Assembly: GCF_032444005.1 (NCBI RefSeq)
Contig: NC_091283.1
Location: 304,916,001-304,980,000 of the forward strand
Reading direction: 5' to 3'
Source: Ranitomeya imitator
Taxonomy: Eukaryota
DNA: 64,000 bases
This document shows, one piece after another, positions 12,061-23,885 of this stretch (positions are counted from its first letter, which is position 1; each line of letters opens with the position of its first letter). A program made the position numbers and the translations under genes. The notes under the pieces are model-generated. The model had not been told where the DNA came from and did no database searches. It saw only the letters and a program-made list of their open reading frames with translations.

Positions 12061-13295
12061 ATCGTCCGATGGGACTACAAGTCCTATCGGACGATGCCTG
12101 CTACAGTGACAGTGACTGACACATTAGCCAATGATGGGACAGTAGTAGTCCCATCATCCGGCTAATGTGTTGAATGAAAAACAAAGAAAACATACATGCT
12201 ACATACATACTACATACATTACATACATACAGCCATACAGTACATTAAACATAGAGTTCATACTCACCATTACTTGTCACTTTGTTCCCCGAAGCCAGTG
12301 TCATCTGTAAAAAAAATATGAATATAACAAAAAACCAATATACTCCCTGTCCGCAGAAATCCACGAGTGTCCCACAACGATCTCCAGGAACACAATGACG
12401 GGAGGAAGGTATCCTTCCGCACTGTATTCCTCCGCCGCTGAAAAATAAAATTGTCCCTAGCCTCACTTTTGGCATTGCTGTGAGAAATTTTCCCACACAG
12501 CAATTAACATAAAGTGAGACTTTGAACTATAGTAACCTCAGTGATGCACTGCAGGAGCCATTGTCTCCTGTCAGTGTGTCACTGAGGGTCCTATAGAACA
12601 GTGGCATCACCCCATATCACTGTTCTATAGGGGAGATCGTCGTGGGACACTCGTTATTAATTGGACTACGATGGACAGGTAGTATACGGTTAATTATTTT
12701 ACGGTTTTTGCAGGCGCTGACGTATGGTAAGTATGGTTAAATGAAGAATATTAAAATACTTTTTTCCTAATGTGTGTGTGTGTTTTATTAACCCTTTATT
12801 ACTATTGGATTAATAATGGATAGGCGTCTTATTGACGCATCTCCGTTATTAACCTGGCTTAATGTCACCTTGCAATAGGAAGGTGACATTAACCCCTTAT
12901 TACCCCATATCCCACCGCTACACGGGAGTGGGAAGAGAGGGGCTAAGTGTCAGAATTGGCGCATCTCACAGATGCGCCATTTTGGGGGCGGCTGCGGACT
13001 GGTATTTGTAGCCGGGGGGGCAATATCCATGGCCGCTCTCTAGGCTATGAATATCAGCTCGCAGCTGTCTGTGTAGCCTTTCTGATTATAAAATATAGGG
13101 GGACCCTCACGTTATTTTTTTGGGGGTCCCCCTATTTTAATAGCCAGTAAAGGACACGCAGACAGCTGCGGGCTGATATTCATAGCAGGCTACAAATATT
13201 GGACCCCGGCCGTCAGCTTTCCCCCTCTGGCGCAGAAAATTGAGCGGGAGCCCAGCCTTTTTTTTGTTTTTTTATTTAAATTCAATGCTCATTAA

Positions 13296-13718
13296 GGTCT
13301 CTTTCACACTTGCGTCGGTACGGGTCCGTCGCTATGCGTCTGTCCGACGTACCAACACACATGGTGAAATTTGTGCACGACGTGGGCAGCGGATGCAGTT
13401 TTTCAATGCATCTGCTGCCCATTCTGAAGTCCGGGGAGGAGAAGGCGGAGTTTCAGATGCGCATGCACGGTAAAAAATAGCGGATGCGACGGACAATAAA
13501 ACCTTCACTTGAACGTTTTTTCGTGCCGACGGTTCGCCAAAACACGATGGATCCGTTGCACGATGGACGCGACGTGTGGACATCCGTCGTGATCCGTTGC
13601 TAATACAAGTCTATGGGTAAAAAACGCATCCTGCGAGCACATTTGCAGGATCCGTTTTTTCCAAAAACAACGGATTACGACGGATTGCTAAAAACCTATG
13701 AAAAGTGTGAAAATAGCC
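13296..13718. mobile_element. Harbinger-type MITE within left hAT arm
   Basis: Termini ggtctctttcacact / agtgtgaaaatagcc; flanks taa / tta. Confidence 0.7.
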
Positions 13719-13859
13719 TTAGAAACATCGGCCTTTCTATTATATATCTATGGATATTTATCCATAGATATATTTATAGATAGATATATCTATAGATACA
13801 TAGATGTATCTATCCATATATCTGGCTGCTTTCACACATCAGGTTTTTGGCGTCAGGCA

Positions 13860-14282
13860 CAATCCGGCGAGTTTTGAAAAAAACCGATCCGGCAGAAAAA
13901 AATGGATCCGGCGGTAAATAATGGATTCTGCGGAAAAAAACGGATCCTGTGGAAAAAAACGGATCATTGGGAAAAAAACAGATCCGGCGGAAAAAACGGA
14001 TCCTGCGAAAAAAACGGATCCGGTGGAAAAAAGGGATCCGGCAGAAAAAAACTGATCTGGCGGAAAAAAACCGGATCCGGTGAAAAATAACAGATTCTGC
14101 GGAAAAAAGACGGATCTGGTGGAAAAAAACGGATCCGGCGGGAAAAACGGATCCAGCAGGAAAAACGGATCCAGCAGAAAAAAACTGATCCGGCGGAAAA
14201 AAACATCAGGTGGAAAAAACGGATCCGGCACAAAAAACAGATCGGTCGGGAAAAACAGATCCGTCGGGAAAAACGGATCCTG
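13860..14282 (+). repeat. Tandem aaaaacggatccggc-type repeats (about 18-20 bp) in the spacer of the foldback element
   Basis: Many GGATCC/CGGATC cores separated by A-runs, preceded by a Harbinger-like end ggctgctttcacac at 13824. Confidence 0.8.
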
Positions 14283-14380
14283 CTGTGCTGTTCCCTTTTT
14301 TCTCTATAAATATATCTATAGATATATATCTATAGATAGATCTATCCATAGATACATAATAGAAAGGCCGATGTTTCTAA

Positions 14381-14798
14381 GGCTACTTTCACACTTGCGT
14401 TTTTAGCAATCCGTCGCAATCCGTCGTTTTGGGAAAAAAACAGATCCTGCAAATGTGCTCGCAGGATGCGTTTTTTACCCATAGACTTGTATTAGCAACG
14501 GATCGCGACGGATGGCCACACGTCGCGTCCGTCGTGCAACGGATCCGTTGTGTTTTGGCGAACCGTTGGCACAAAAAAACGTTCAAGTGAAAGTTCTTTG
14601 TCAGTCGCGTCCTCCATTTTCTACCGCGCATGCGCTGCTGAAACTCCGCCCCCTCCTCCCCGGACTTCAGAATGGGCAGCGGATGCATTGAAAAACTGCA
14701 TCCGCTGCCCACGTCGTGCACAAATTTCACAACATGCGTCGGTACGTCGGCCTGACACATAGCGACGGACCTGTACCAACGCAAGTGTGAAAGAGGCC
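14381..14798. mobile_element. Harbinger-type MITE within right hAT arm (inverted copy of 13296-13718)
   Basis: Termini ggctactttcacact / agtgtgaaagaggcc; flanking sequences are the reverse complements of those around 13296-13718. Confidence 0.7.
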
Positions 14799-16079
14799 TT
14801 AATGAGCACTGAATAAAAAAAAAAGTTTCTGCGCCAGAGGGGGAAAGCCGACGGCCGGGGTCCAATATTGTAGCCTGCTATGAATATCAGCCCGCAGCTG
14901 TCTGCGTAGCCTTTACTGGCTATTAAAATAGGTGGACCCCCCAAAAAATGACGTGGGGGTCCCCCTATATTTTATAGCCAGAAAGGCTACGCAGACAGCT
15001 GCGGGCTGATATTCATAGCCTAGAGAGGGGCCATGGATATTGGACCCTCCCCGGCTACAAATACCAGTCCGCATCCGCCCCAGAAATGGCGCATCTGTAA
15101 GATGCGCCCATTCCGGCACTTAGCCCCTCTCTTCCCACTCCTGTGTAGCGGTGGGATATGGGGGTTAATGTCACCTTGCTATTGTATGGTGACATTAAGC
15201 CGGGTTAATAACGGAGAGGCGTCAATAAGAAGCCTACCCATTATTAATCCAATAGTAATAAAGGGTTAATAAAACACGCACACATTAGGAAAAAAGTCTT
15301 TTAATATTCTTCATTTAATACTTACCATACTTCAGCGCCTGCAAAAAAAGTAAAATAATAAACCGTATACTACCTTTCCGCCGTAGTCCAATTAATAATG
15401 AATGTCCCAAGACGATCTCCCCTATAGAACAGTGACATTGGGTGATGTCACTGCTCTATAGGACCCTCAGTGACACAGTGACAGGAGACAATGGCTCCTG
15501 CAGTGCATCACTTAGGTTACTATAGTTCAAAGTCTCACTTTATGGCAATTGCTGCGTGGGAAAATTTCTCACACAGCAATGCCAAAAGTGAGACTAGGGA
15601 CTATTTTTTTTACTACAGCGGCAGAGGTATACACTGCGGAAGGATACCTTCCTCCCATCATTGTGTTCCTGGAGCCCCTGGAGAGCGGTCGCATCAGCTG
15701 ATGCTGCCGTTCTCCATGGGAGATCGTTGTGGGACACTCGTGGATTTCTGCGGACAGGGAGTATATTGGTTGTTTGTTATTTTCATATATTTTTACAGAT
15801 GACACTGGCTTCGGGGAACAAAATGACAAGTAATGGTGAGTATGAACTCTATGTTTAATGTACTGTATGTATGTATTGTATGTAATGTATTGTATGTAGT
15901 ATGTATGTAGTATGTATGTAGTATGTATGTAGTATGTATGTAGTATTTTTTTTTTCACATTCAACACATTAGCTGGATAATGGGACTATTACTGTCCCAT
16001 CATTGGCTAATTTGTCAATCACTGTCACTGTAGCAGGCATCGTCCTATGCGACTTGTAGTCCCATTGGATGAAGCCTGC

Positions 16080-16510
16080 ACACACGCACAGACCCCCGCA
16101 AGCCCACACAGAGCCACAGCAGCCCGCAGAGAGCCCCGGCACACTGCACAGAGCCCCGGCAGCCCGCACAGAGCCCCGGCACGCCACACAGAGCCCCGGC
16201 ATGCCGCACAGACCCCCGACAGCCCACAAAGAGCCCTGGCAGCCCGCACAGAGCCCCGGCAAGCCTGCACAGATCCCCGGCAGCCTGCACAGAGCCCCGG
16301 TCACGCCGCAGAGCCCCGGCACGCAGCACAGATCCCCGGCAAGCCCGTACAGACCCCCGGCAGCCCGCACAGAGCCCCGGCAGGCCTGCACAGAGCCTCG
16401 GCAGGCCCGCACAGAGCCCCGGCAGGCCCACACAGACCCCCGGCAGGCCCACACAGAGCGCCGGCAGGCCCACAGACCCCCGGCAGGCACGCACAGACCC
16501 TCGTCAGGCA
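16080..16510 (-). repeat. GC-rich 20-bp minisatellite, right hAT arm
   Basis: Unit cacagagccccggcagcccg, reverse complement of the left-arm array, with more copies. Confidence 0.85.
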
Positions 16511-16917
16511 CGCACAGACCCCCCACTGTTACGGACAGACCCCGCCCACACACACACACACGCAGTCTCCGCCCACACTCCATTATAGTGCATCATTGCA
16601 CCATAGGAACTTCCGATTTCGGTATCAGATATCGCAAAAGTTTGGGGAAGTCGATATCCAATAAAGGTATCACTCCTAGAATACTTCTGTCATCATTGGG
16701 CAGAAAAGTATTCACATCGGAACTCGATATCGGAATTCCAATACAGCGAATATCGGCCGATACCCGATATTTGCAGTATCGGAATGCTCAACACTAATCA
16801 TTAATTGATCAAGTGATTTTCCTTTAGAAGTGAACTGTGAACAGGTGTTCAATATCGTTAGGTCCCAAAATCAATGGAATTAGCCTCACCCTGTCACCAC
16901 CGTATCACCACTCGTCA

Positions 16918-17475
16918 TTAGCTTCCCCATATCAATATAACTTCTAGGCGTAGTCGTGTCAGCAGCTCTAATGAAAGGTCAGAATGACATATGAAAGCTA
17001 GACATGTCTGAACATGGCCTGTTACAAGTAGAAATATATATAAATCAAGGAATATGTTAAGATGGTCCCTGATTTCCCTATCAATTAGTATCATTAAAAC
17101 TGCTTGAATTAGGAAATTAATTGCACCCGATATCCATCCACCTATTCCTTTAAACAAATTTAAGGGATTTAACCATGAGAGCCATTCGGGGAGGGGTAAA
17201 TCATCGAGTGAATTAGCTTTTCGCACCCCTCCATTTATCATTTTAGCTTGTTTTATATCGTGGGTAACTCTCATTAGACCTGAAGGATCCATATAGTGGC
17301 AGCAGGCAGGTCCTACCACCTGACAGAAGCCTCCTTGAGATGCTGTGAGGTAATTATATACCATGGAATGCTGATTAATAATAACTATAAGCTGTTTCAT
17401 GTAGGCTGATTCAACATTTAGAGCATCAAATAAATAATCAGTTATACTATCAAAAGTGTCACCTAGTCGATACAT
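16918..17475 (-). pseudogene. Endogenous retrovirus env TM-subunit remnant
   Basis: Immunosuppressive-domain-like QHSMVYNYLTASQGGFC, CX6CC motif CQVVGPACC, then W-rich membrane-proximal and hydrophobic segment (WISGAINFLIQAVLMILI); no SU upstream. Confidence 0.75.
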
Positions 17476-17579
17476 ACCAACACATATTCATAGATGCCTA
17501 CCTCTAGAAGCTGTATGAAATTAATTTGAGGTAGCTGAAGCAGGTACAATGGTCAGGTGGTGCATTTTTTTTCCATATC

Positions 17580-17790
17580 TAGGCATACACAGATTACGCA
17601 TCCCTATATGAATCTAGCAGCAGCACAATGGAATTCTGGGGTCACCCAATTAGCTTTTACCTGACTTACCATTGTGTCTTTGGACTGATGGGATAGTCCA
17701 TGAGAGAGAGCGCACATCATGGGGAACAGTGCCCTAGGAAGGCAGTACTTACTGTCCGCTCTCCACATTCCATCTTCTTCCTTCGCACAT
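17580..17790 (-). pseudogene. Retroviral integrase N-terminal HHCC zinc domain remnant
   Basis: Manual minus-strand translation PRALFPMMCALSHGLSHQSKDTMVSQVKANWVTPEFHCAAARFI*GCVIC (H-x3-H ... C-x2-C), one stop. Confidence 0.6.
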
Positions 17791-20700
17791 GAGTGCCTAG
17801 ACTGTTACATTCATTTCTGCTTAAATTGTCTTTGTAACAATTACAGTGATACACTCAGGAATCTCTTGGCTTGAGACAAATAAGGCAGCTGAACCAAACT
17901 AGATTGGCTGTAGCAAGCAGAGCTTACGTGTCCTAGCAGGCAGGAGAAGATTGCAGATAAACACAGGCAAAAACAGCTTGCAGCACAGACACCACTGGGA
18001 AGGTTTGCTGAGGAGGCGGAGCCGGAGTATCTGAAGAGGAAAATCTCTTGTAGCACAAGCCAGGAATTCTAGCAGAATACACAAGCAAGGAGTTGGATGT
18101 GAACCAGGGTTATAAAGAAAGGGAGGGTGGATCACATGAGCAGAAGCGAGGCAGCAGATGCCATCTTGGAAAAGGGCGAAAAGTACCACAAATAAAAACA
18201 GGGAATCCAGAGTCCTGACATTACTCCCTCCTTAACAGCGGCCTCAGGACGATCCTGGACCTGGTTTCTCAGGGTATCTTTGATGAAACTGAGCAATCTT
18301 CTGTGGGGCACAGATGTTAGCCACGGGTTCCCAGGAGTCCTCCTCAGGTGGATACCCCTGCCATCTTATTAGATACTGAAGTCGATTCCTGCGGATCCTG
18401 GAATCAATGATTTCTTCCACCAAGAATTGTTCCTGCCCGTCTACCAGTACGGGTTGCGGAGGGGGCACACTGTGTCCCTGGAATTGATTAGGAGAGACAG
18501 GTTTCAATAGAGAGACATGAAATACTGGATGTACCTTCATAGTCCTTGGCAGCTTTAGACGGCAGGCCACAGAGCTCACGATACCGCTGATCTCGAAAGG
18601 ACCGATGAACTTCTGTCCCAGTTTCTGTGAGGGAACGATCAGTCTTAGATTCTTAGTGGATAACCACACTGAGTCTCCTACCTTAAACATAGGTGCTGGC
18701 TTCCGGACTCTATCAGCTGATTTCTTGTAACGTTCCTGGGCTGAGGTTAAAGATTCCTTAAGGACTTCTAGATTCTCCCTCATAGCAGTCAACCTCTCCT
18801 CCACTGCCGGAAATGGAACATCAATCGGAGATGTAGGAAAGATGCTTGGATGATAACCTAGATTAGTGAAGGAAGGAGTTACCATAGTGGAGGCACTCTG
18901 AGAATTGTTGTAGGAGGATTCTGCTAAAGGAGGTAGCTCCAACCAATCATCCTGAAGATGGCAGATGTAGCATTGCAGATATTGCTCCAAAGTCTGAATG
19001 GTTCGCTCGGTCTGACCATTCGTCTGAGGATGATATGCAGAAGAAAGACAAACATTAATATTAAGTGCAGCACAAAACCCCTTCCAGAATCTTAAAGTGA
19101 ATTGTACTCCACGGTCAGAGATGACTTCATCTGGGACCCCATGCAGACGAAAAATATTCTGAATCACTAAGTTCAGTCTCTTTTGCCGAGGGGAGGCCGG
19201 CACAAGGAACAAAATGAGCAGCCTTAGTCAGACGATCAACTACCACTAGGATTGTATTCATACCACCAGAAGTAGGAAGATCCACAATGAAGTCCATAGA
19301 AATTGAGCCCCATGGCCGAGATGGAACTGGTTGTGGTTGAAGTAGACCCATAGGAGAAGCACGAGGAGTCTTATAATGAGCACATGCCTCGCAAGAGAAA
19401 ACATAGCCCTTAGTGTCCTTCGGGCAAGTTGGCCACCAGAAGAATCGGCTCAAGAATTCTTGTGTCTTCTGTACCCCCCCTATGACCAGCCAACTTGGAA
19501 TCATGTATCAACTTGAGAATCTGGAAAAACGTACGGCCTCATGGATGTAGATACGCCAGTCACGGAACCACAAGCCTCCCTTAAGGGCAAAATTGAGATC
19601 CACAGGCGGGTTAGCAAGATATACATCACCATCATATGCCTCCTTGATCTCCATCCACAGGTCCGGATCATGGATTACTCCGATGAAGTTGGCATCCGAT
19701 AAAATGGGGTGGGGGTCCAGGTACGGAATCCGCAGAATGGATTCAGGACAAAGCATCAGCCTTCCCATTACGTGAACCTGGACGGTACAAAATCACAAAA
19801 TTAAATTGGTTTAAAAATAAATTCCACCGAGTCTGACGTGGAGATAGACATTTAGCAGATCTAAGGAACTCTAAATTGCGATGATCGGTCAACACTATGA
19901 TCTGTTGTGCGGTCCCTTGCAGATGGTGCCTCCATTCCTTAAAGGCTGCAATAATCGCTAGAAGTTCCTTATCTCCCACATCATAGTTCCTCTCTGCAGG
20001 GGTAAGCCTACGGGAAAAGAAAGCACAAGGATGTAACAGGGCCTTCTCTCCAGTTCTTTGAGAGAGAATGGCCCCCAATGCCCAATCAGAAGTGTCCACC
20101 TCCACGATGAAAGGAATTGCTGGATCCGGATGAATCAAGAGCGGAGCTGAAGTGAAACATGTCTTAAGCCGATCAAAGGCTTCTGAGCCTGTGAAGACCA
20201 CTTAAAGGATTATTCCTTCTTAGTAAGAGAAGTGATGGGACGGACAATCTCTGAAAAATTTGGGATTAAACGTCTATAGAAATTTGCAACGTTGATAAAG
20301 CGTTGAACTTCTTTAACATTTTTGGGTGCCAGCCAATCAAGGATTGCTTACATCTTACCAGATTCCATGTTTATCCCTTGAAGAGAGATGACATACCCCA
20401 AGAATTGTATTTCAGAATGATGGAAATCACACTTCTCTGGCTCGATATAAAGATGGTTTTCTTGGAAACGTCTCAAAACCACCTTGACGTGTTCTTGATG
20501 TTCCTGTAGAGAATCAGAAAAAATTAGGATGTCATCCAGATAGATTACGACAAACTGGTCCAGTAAATCTCTAAAGATATCATTGGCAAGATGTTGAAAG
20601 GTTGCAGGGGCATTGCACAGCCCAAAATGCATCACCAAGTATTCAAAGGGTCCATACCGACATCTGAAAGCAGTCTTCCATTCATCACCAGGACGGATAC

Positions 20701-21272
20701 GTACCAGATTGTATGCCCCGGGAAGATCCAATTTAGAAAATAGCTTGGCATGACGGATTCTTTCCAATAGTTCTGGAATCAAAGGCAAAGGATATCTATT
20801 CTGGATGGTCACCTTGTTGAGTTCCCGATAGTCGATACAGGGTCTCAGAGTCCCATCCTTCTTCTTCACAAAAAAATAGGCGCCCCTGCTGGTGAGGAAG
20901 AAGAACGTATAAAGCCCTTGGCCTGATTCTCATCTATATACTCCTTCAAAGCTTGGAGTTCAGGAGCCGCTAATGGATATACATTGCTGAAAGGAATGGC
21001 TGCCCCTGGAAGCAGTTCAATAGGACAATCATAAGACATATGTGGTGGAATCTGATCTGCCTTCTTCTTATCACAGATATCCGAGAATTCCTTATACACA
21101 GAAGGTAAAGTGAATACCGAATCCGGAGGTTCTGAATCAAGGGACTTTGGTACAGTTTCCGTTAATGTAGAATCACTCCTTGTTGGAAATGTAATCTCTC
21201 TGGTCTCCCAGTTGATCTTTGGATTCTGTGAATGCAGCCAGGGAATGCCTGGAATCACAGGAAAATGAGGAG

Positions 21273-21528
21273 CGTTATAATAAATGAAATGTGGATTACA
21301 TCTGCGCTGCTGCGACAAATAATAGATCCAGATATACTGTTAGGGTGTTCGGGTGGTTTATTCAACGCGTTTCGAAGCTCAAAGGCTTCTTCTTGAGGAA
21401 GTTTCCACACAAAGATATCACGCTTGTACTGTGTACTACCAGGTGAGCAGTTCTCTCACAATTGATTAAGAACAATCCTGGGGATAAGACCCTATTTGCG
21501 CTTTTTTTGTCTCCTATCTTTCAATACT
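21273..21528 (-). mobile_element. 256-bp Penelope-like terminal fragment inserted in Gypsy A pol
   Basis: Flanked by 14-bp direct repeat aggaaaatgaggag (21259-21272, 21529-21542); contains cgaaacgcgt and aaaaaagcgcaaatagggtcttat on the minus strand, motifs recalled from anuran Penelope-like ends. Confidence 0.6.
21361..21401 (-). ncRNA. Degenerate minimal type-I hammerhead ribozyme motif
   Basis: Minus strand cttc-ctcaaga-a-gaagc-ctttga-gcttc-gaaa-cgcgtt-gaa: stem II gaagc/gcttc, GAAA, palindromic acgcgt stem III; core reads CTCAAGA rather than CTGANGA. Confidence 0.5.
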
Positions 21529-21740
21529 AGGAAAATGAGGAGAAGAGATTAATAAGAAGGAGAGCTGCTCCTGATGATCTGGCTCCAATACAATGGTAAG
21601 AGGTACGGTCTCCTGATCGACAGGCCCAGAGATTAAAGGTGACCCATCCACTGACTCCATGGCAATTGGGGAAGCTCTATGCAGAATATCTATACCATGT
21701 TTCTTGGCAAAAGCAATGTCCATGAAATTACCCCCTGCAC

Positions 21741-22275
21741 CGTTAAAGAAATGGCTAATCTTAATTATAAAAGTATATTTCTCAATAAGCAAAGAGTCTT
21801 GTGTTATCATCTTAGTCTCCCCGTATCTAGTTTCCCGTACATTCTATCTAGCAAAAGGTCAGTTATTCCCGGAAAGCTGTCAATAAGTTGGAAGTTGTCC
21901 TTTCAAGGATATATGTATCTGTTTTTTCCCTCTAACCTCTTAACAAGAATAACCTAGAATGTTCTGTCAAATCAATTGTTAACCACAAATATGTACAAAA
22001 CACCCCCGAATTCTTTTCTATTTAGAAATCTATCTTGTATCCCAGGACATAAGTGACAACCCATCAAATGACCCATGTCTTTGCCAAGTATTATGTAACC
22101 TATACTCCTTGTGACTTTTGGGCTATAAAAAAAGGGCTCGGGGACAATAAAAGAGGATATTTTGGAAAGACAACCTGTAGTCTGTCTCTCTGACTTATTT
22201 CTCCCAGTTATAGGTACCTATTAACAGCGATACCAGAGGTTGGTTTCCATTTGAGAGAAAATCTCGTCTTTAACA
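21741..22275 (+). mobile_element. Solo LTR (ERV-like), 535 bp, inserted in the Gypsy A protease motif
   Basis: Inverted ends (c/t)gttaaaga...tctttaaca; TSD gcac(c); TATAAA 22124-22129 then AATAAA 22146-22151; removal restores gac tct ggt gca ggg ggt aat (DSGAGGN). Confidence 0.75.
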
Positions 22276-23564
22276 GCACCAGAGTCAATCATGGCTGCAC
22301 TAGAGATCCACTGTCCAGAGCATAAAACTTTTATAGGAAATGAACAGTGAGAACTCCTTTCCTTCTGCTCAGTAGAAGAAGTAGTCATTGAGAGTGCATG
22401 GAAAACAGCATTCACTGGTAGACTAAATTCGAGACATCTGACTCAGCATCACAGTTATCATATTCCCGTACTGCTTCTAACACCTTGTTAGGCCGCTTGG
22501 GACAATTGATCAGGAAGTGGTCAGATTGGCCGCAATAGAAGCATAGACTCTCCCAAAAGTGGTGCTCCCAACATTCATTACTCTCACGCTTCTACACTGA
22601 ATCATTTTGCATAGGCGGTCTCCACAGAGGCACGACGGTTAGGATCATCAAACATTAAGGCCATAGCAGCTGAAAAGTCTTCCAAAACATTTACACGTGG
22701 GTCACGAGACTCGATCATTGGATTCGCCCAGGCGAGTGCTCGTGACGTCAATAACATAATTATACACAACACCTTAGAATGATCAGTGGGAATGTGGTCG
22801 GCATGCACATCAAAATACAACATACATTGGTTTAATAAGCCACAACATTTGTCACGATCGCCATTGTATCGGAATGGTGCCAGCTTAGGAGGACTGGCTG
22901 CCTGCGGTTCCCCTGGGGGTGAGACCGCCTGAGTAGCCATCTGAGCACTTAAGTCCTGAAAGGCCTGTCCATACTGAGACTACATGCTCTTAAATTTATT
23001 TTCCTGGGCGTCCATGCGAGTACTCAAATCCTGCAGAGTCTGTCCAAACACCTGATTACGTTCCAAGCCTCCCACCTTACTCTGCAGAGCGCCCATTTCC
23101 TTTTGCAGAGTTCTCATCATAGAGAACAATTGTTCCAACTTAAGGTCAGTAGCCATTGTCTCAGAAAATTCCTTATTTGGCTTGTGTATCCTGTAACAAT
23201 TAGAGTGGTACACTCAGGAATCTCTTGCCTTGAGACAAATAAGGCAGCTGAACCAAACTAGATTGGCTGTAGCAGGCAGAGCTTACGTGTCGTAGCAGGC
23301 AAAAACAGCTTGCAGCACAGACACCACTGAGAGCTGGGAAGGTTTGCTGAGGAGGCGGAGCCGGAGTATCTGAAGAGGAAAGTTTCTTGTAGCACAAGCC
23401 AGGAATTCTAGCAGAATACACAAGCAAGGAGTTGGATGTGAACCAGGGTTATAACGACAGGGAGGGCGGATCACATGAGCAGAAGCAAGGCAGCAGACGC
23501 CATCTTGGAAAAGGGCGAAAAGTACCACAAGTAAAAAGAGGGAATCCAGAGTCCTGACAGTCTT

Positions 23565-23881
23565 TTTTAATTGTATGAGGAATTTTCAGTCTGCGCTGAC
23601 TAACTGAACGAGTAAACCCACATTAGGACAGGTAGATAGAGGTGGACGTTTTTTGACCTTGGGGCAATACTAGATGGAATCTTCCTTCCTCTGTTTTATG
23701 ATCATGAGCTAATTCTTCCAAGATCTTTAGAGCTTCCTGTTCTGATTCTGTTGGAAACAATTTATGTAGGGATTGGTCATGAGAATGTTTTTTAAAGGTC
23801 AGAGGTCGTGCAAAAAGCTGCAGATCTTTGATACTTGTAAATAAACCAAATTTACTGTTAAGAAAAAAATTAAGACCCTTA
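23565..23881 (-). pseudogene. Penelope-like ORF fragment (pre-RT region), piece 3 of 4
   Basis: Translates NKGLNFFLNSKFGLFTSIKDLQLFARPLTFKKH; continues across the Gypsy A TSD into KKDNLSRNECNSL (about 17790-17832, piece 4). Confidence 0.55.
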
Positions 23882-23885
23882 TTAA

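Larger units (their letters stand above)
11543..16796. mobile_element. Non-autonomous foldback hAT element, 5254 bp
   Basis: Termini tagtgttgagc / gctcaacacta; exact 8-bp TSD atcattaa (11535-11542, 16797-16804); arms about 11543-13780 and 14300-16796 are inverted copies. Confidence 0.9.
18244..23156 (-). pseudogene. Gypsy A gag-pol, multiply frameshifted and interrupted by two insertions
   Basis: gag (RYNGDRDKC..WANP), protease IDSGA|GGNFMD, RT YLDD (20348-20869), RNase H (19743-20201), integrase (SMDFIVDLP, SDRG, GQTER), chromodomain FLVEEIIDSRIRRNRLQYLIRWQGY. Confidence 0.9.
17833..23559 (-). mobile_element. Ty3/Gypsy chromovirus LTR retrotransposon A (degenerate)
   Basis: LTRs 17833-18220 and 23192-23559 (tgtaaca...tgaca); 5-bp TSD gtctt (17828-17832, 23560-23564); polypurine tract at 18221-18235 on minus strand; gag-PR-RT-RH-IN-chromodomain order. 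Confidence 0.93.

Noticed and set aside
11499-12165. Overlapping 110-240 aa ORFs in GC-rich arrays (also 15969-16797)
   Set aside because: Low-complexity translations of a stop-free 20-bp minisatellite on both strands.
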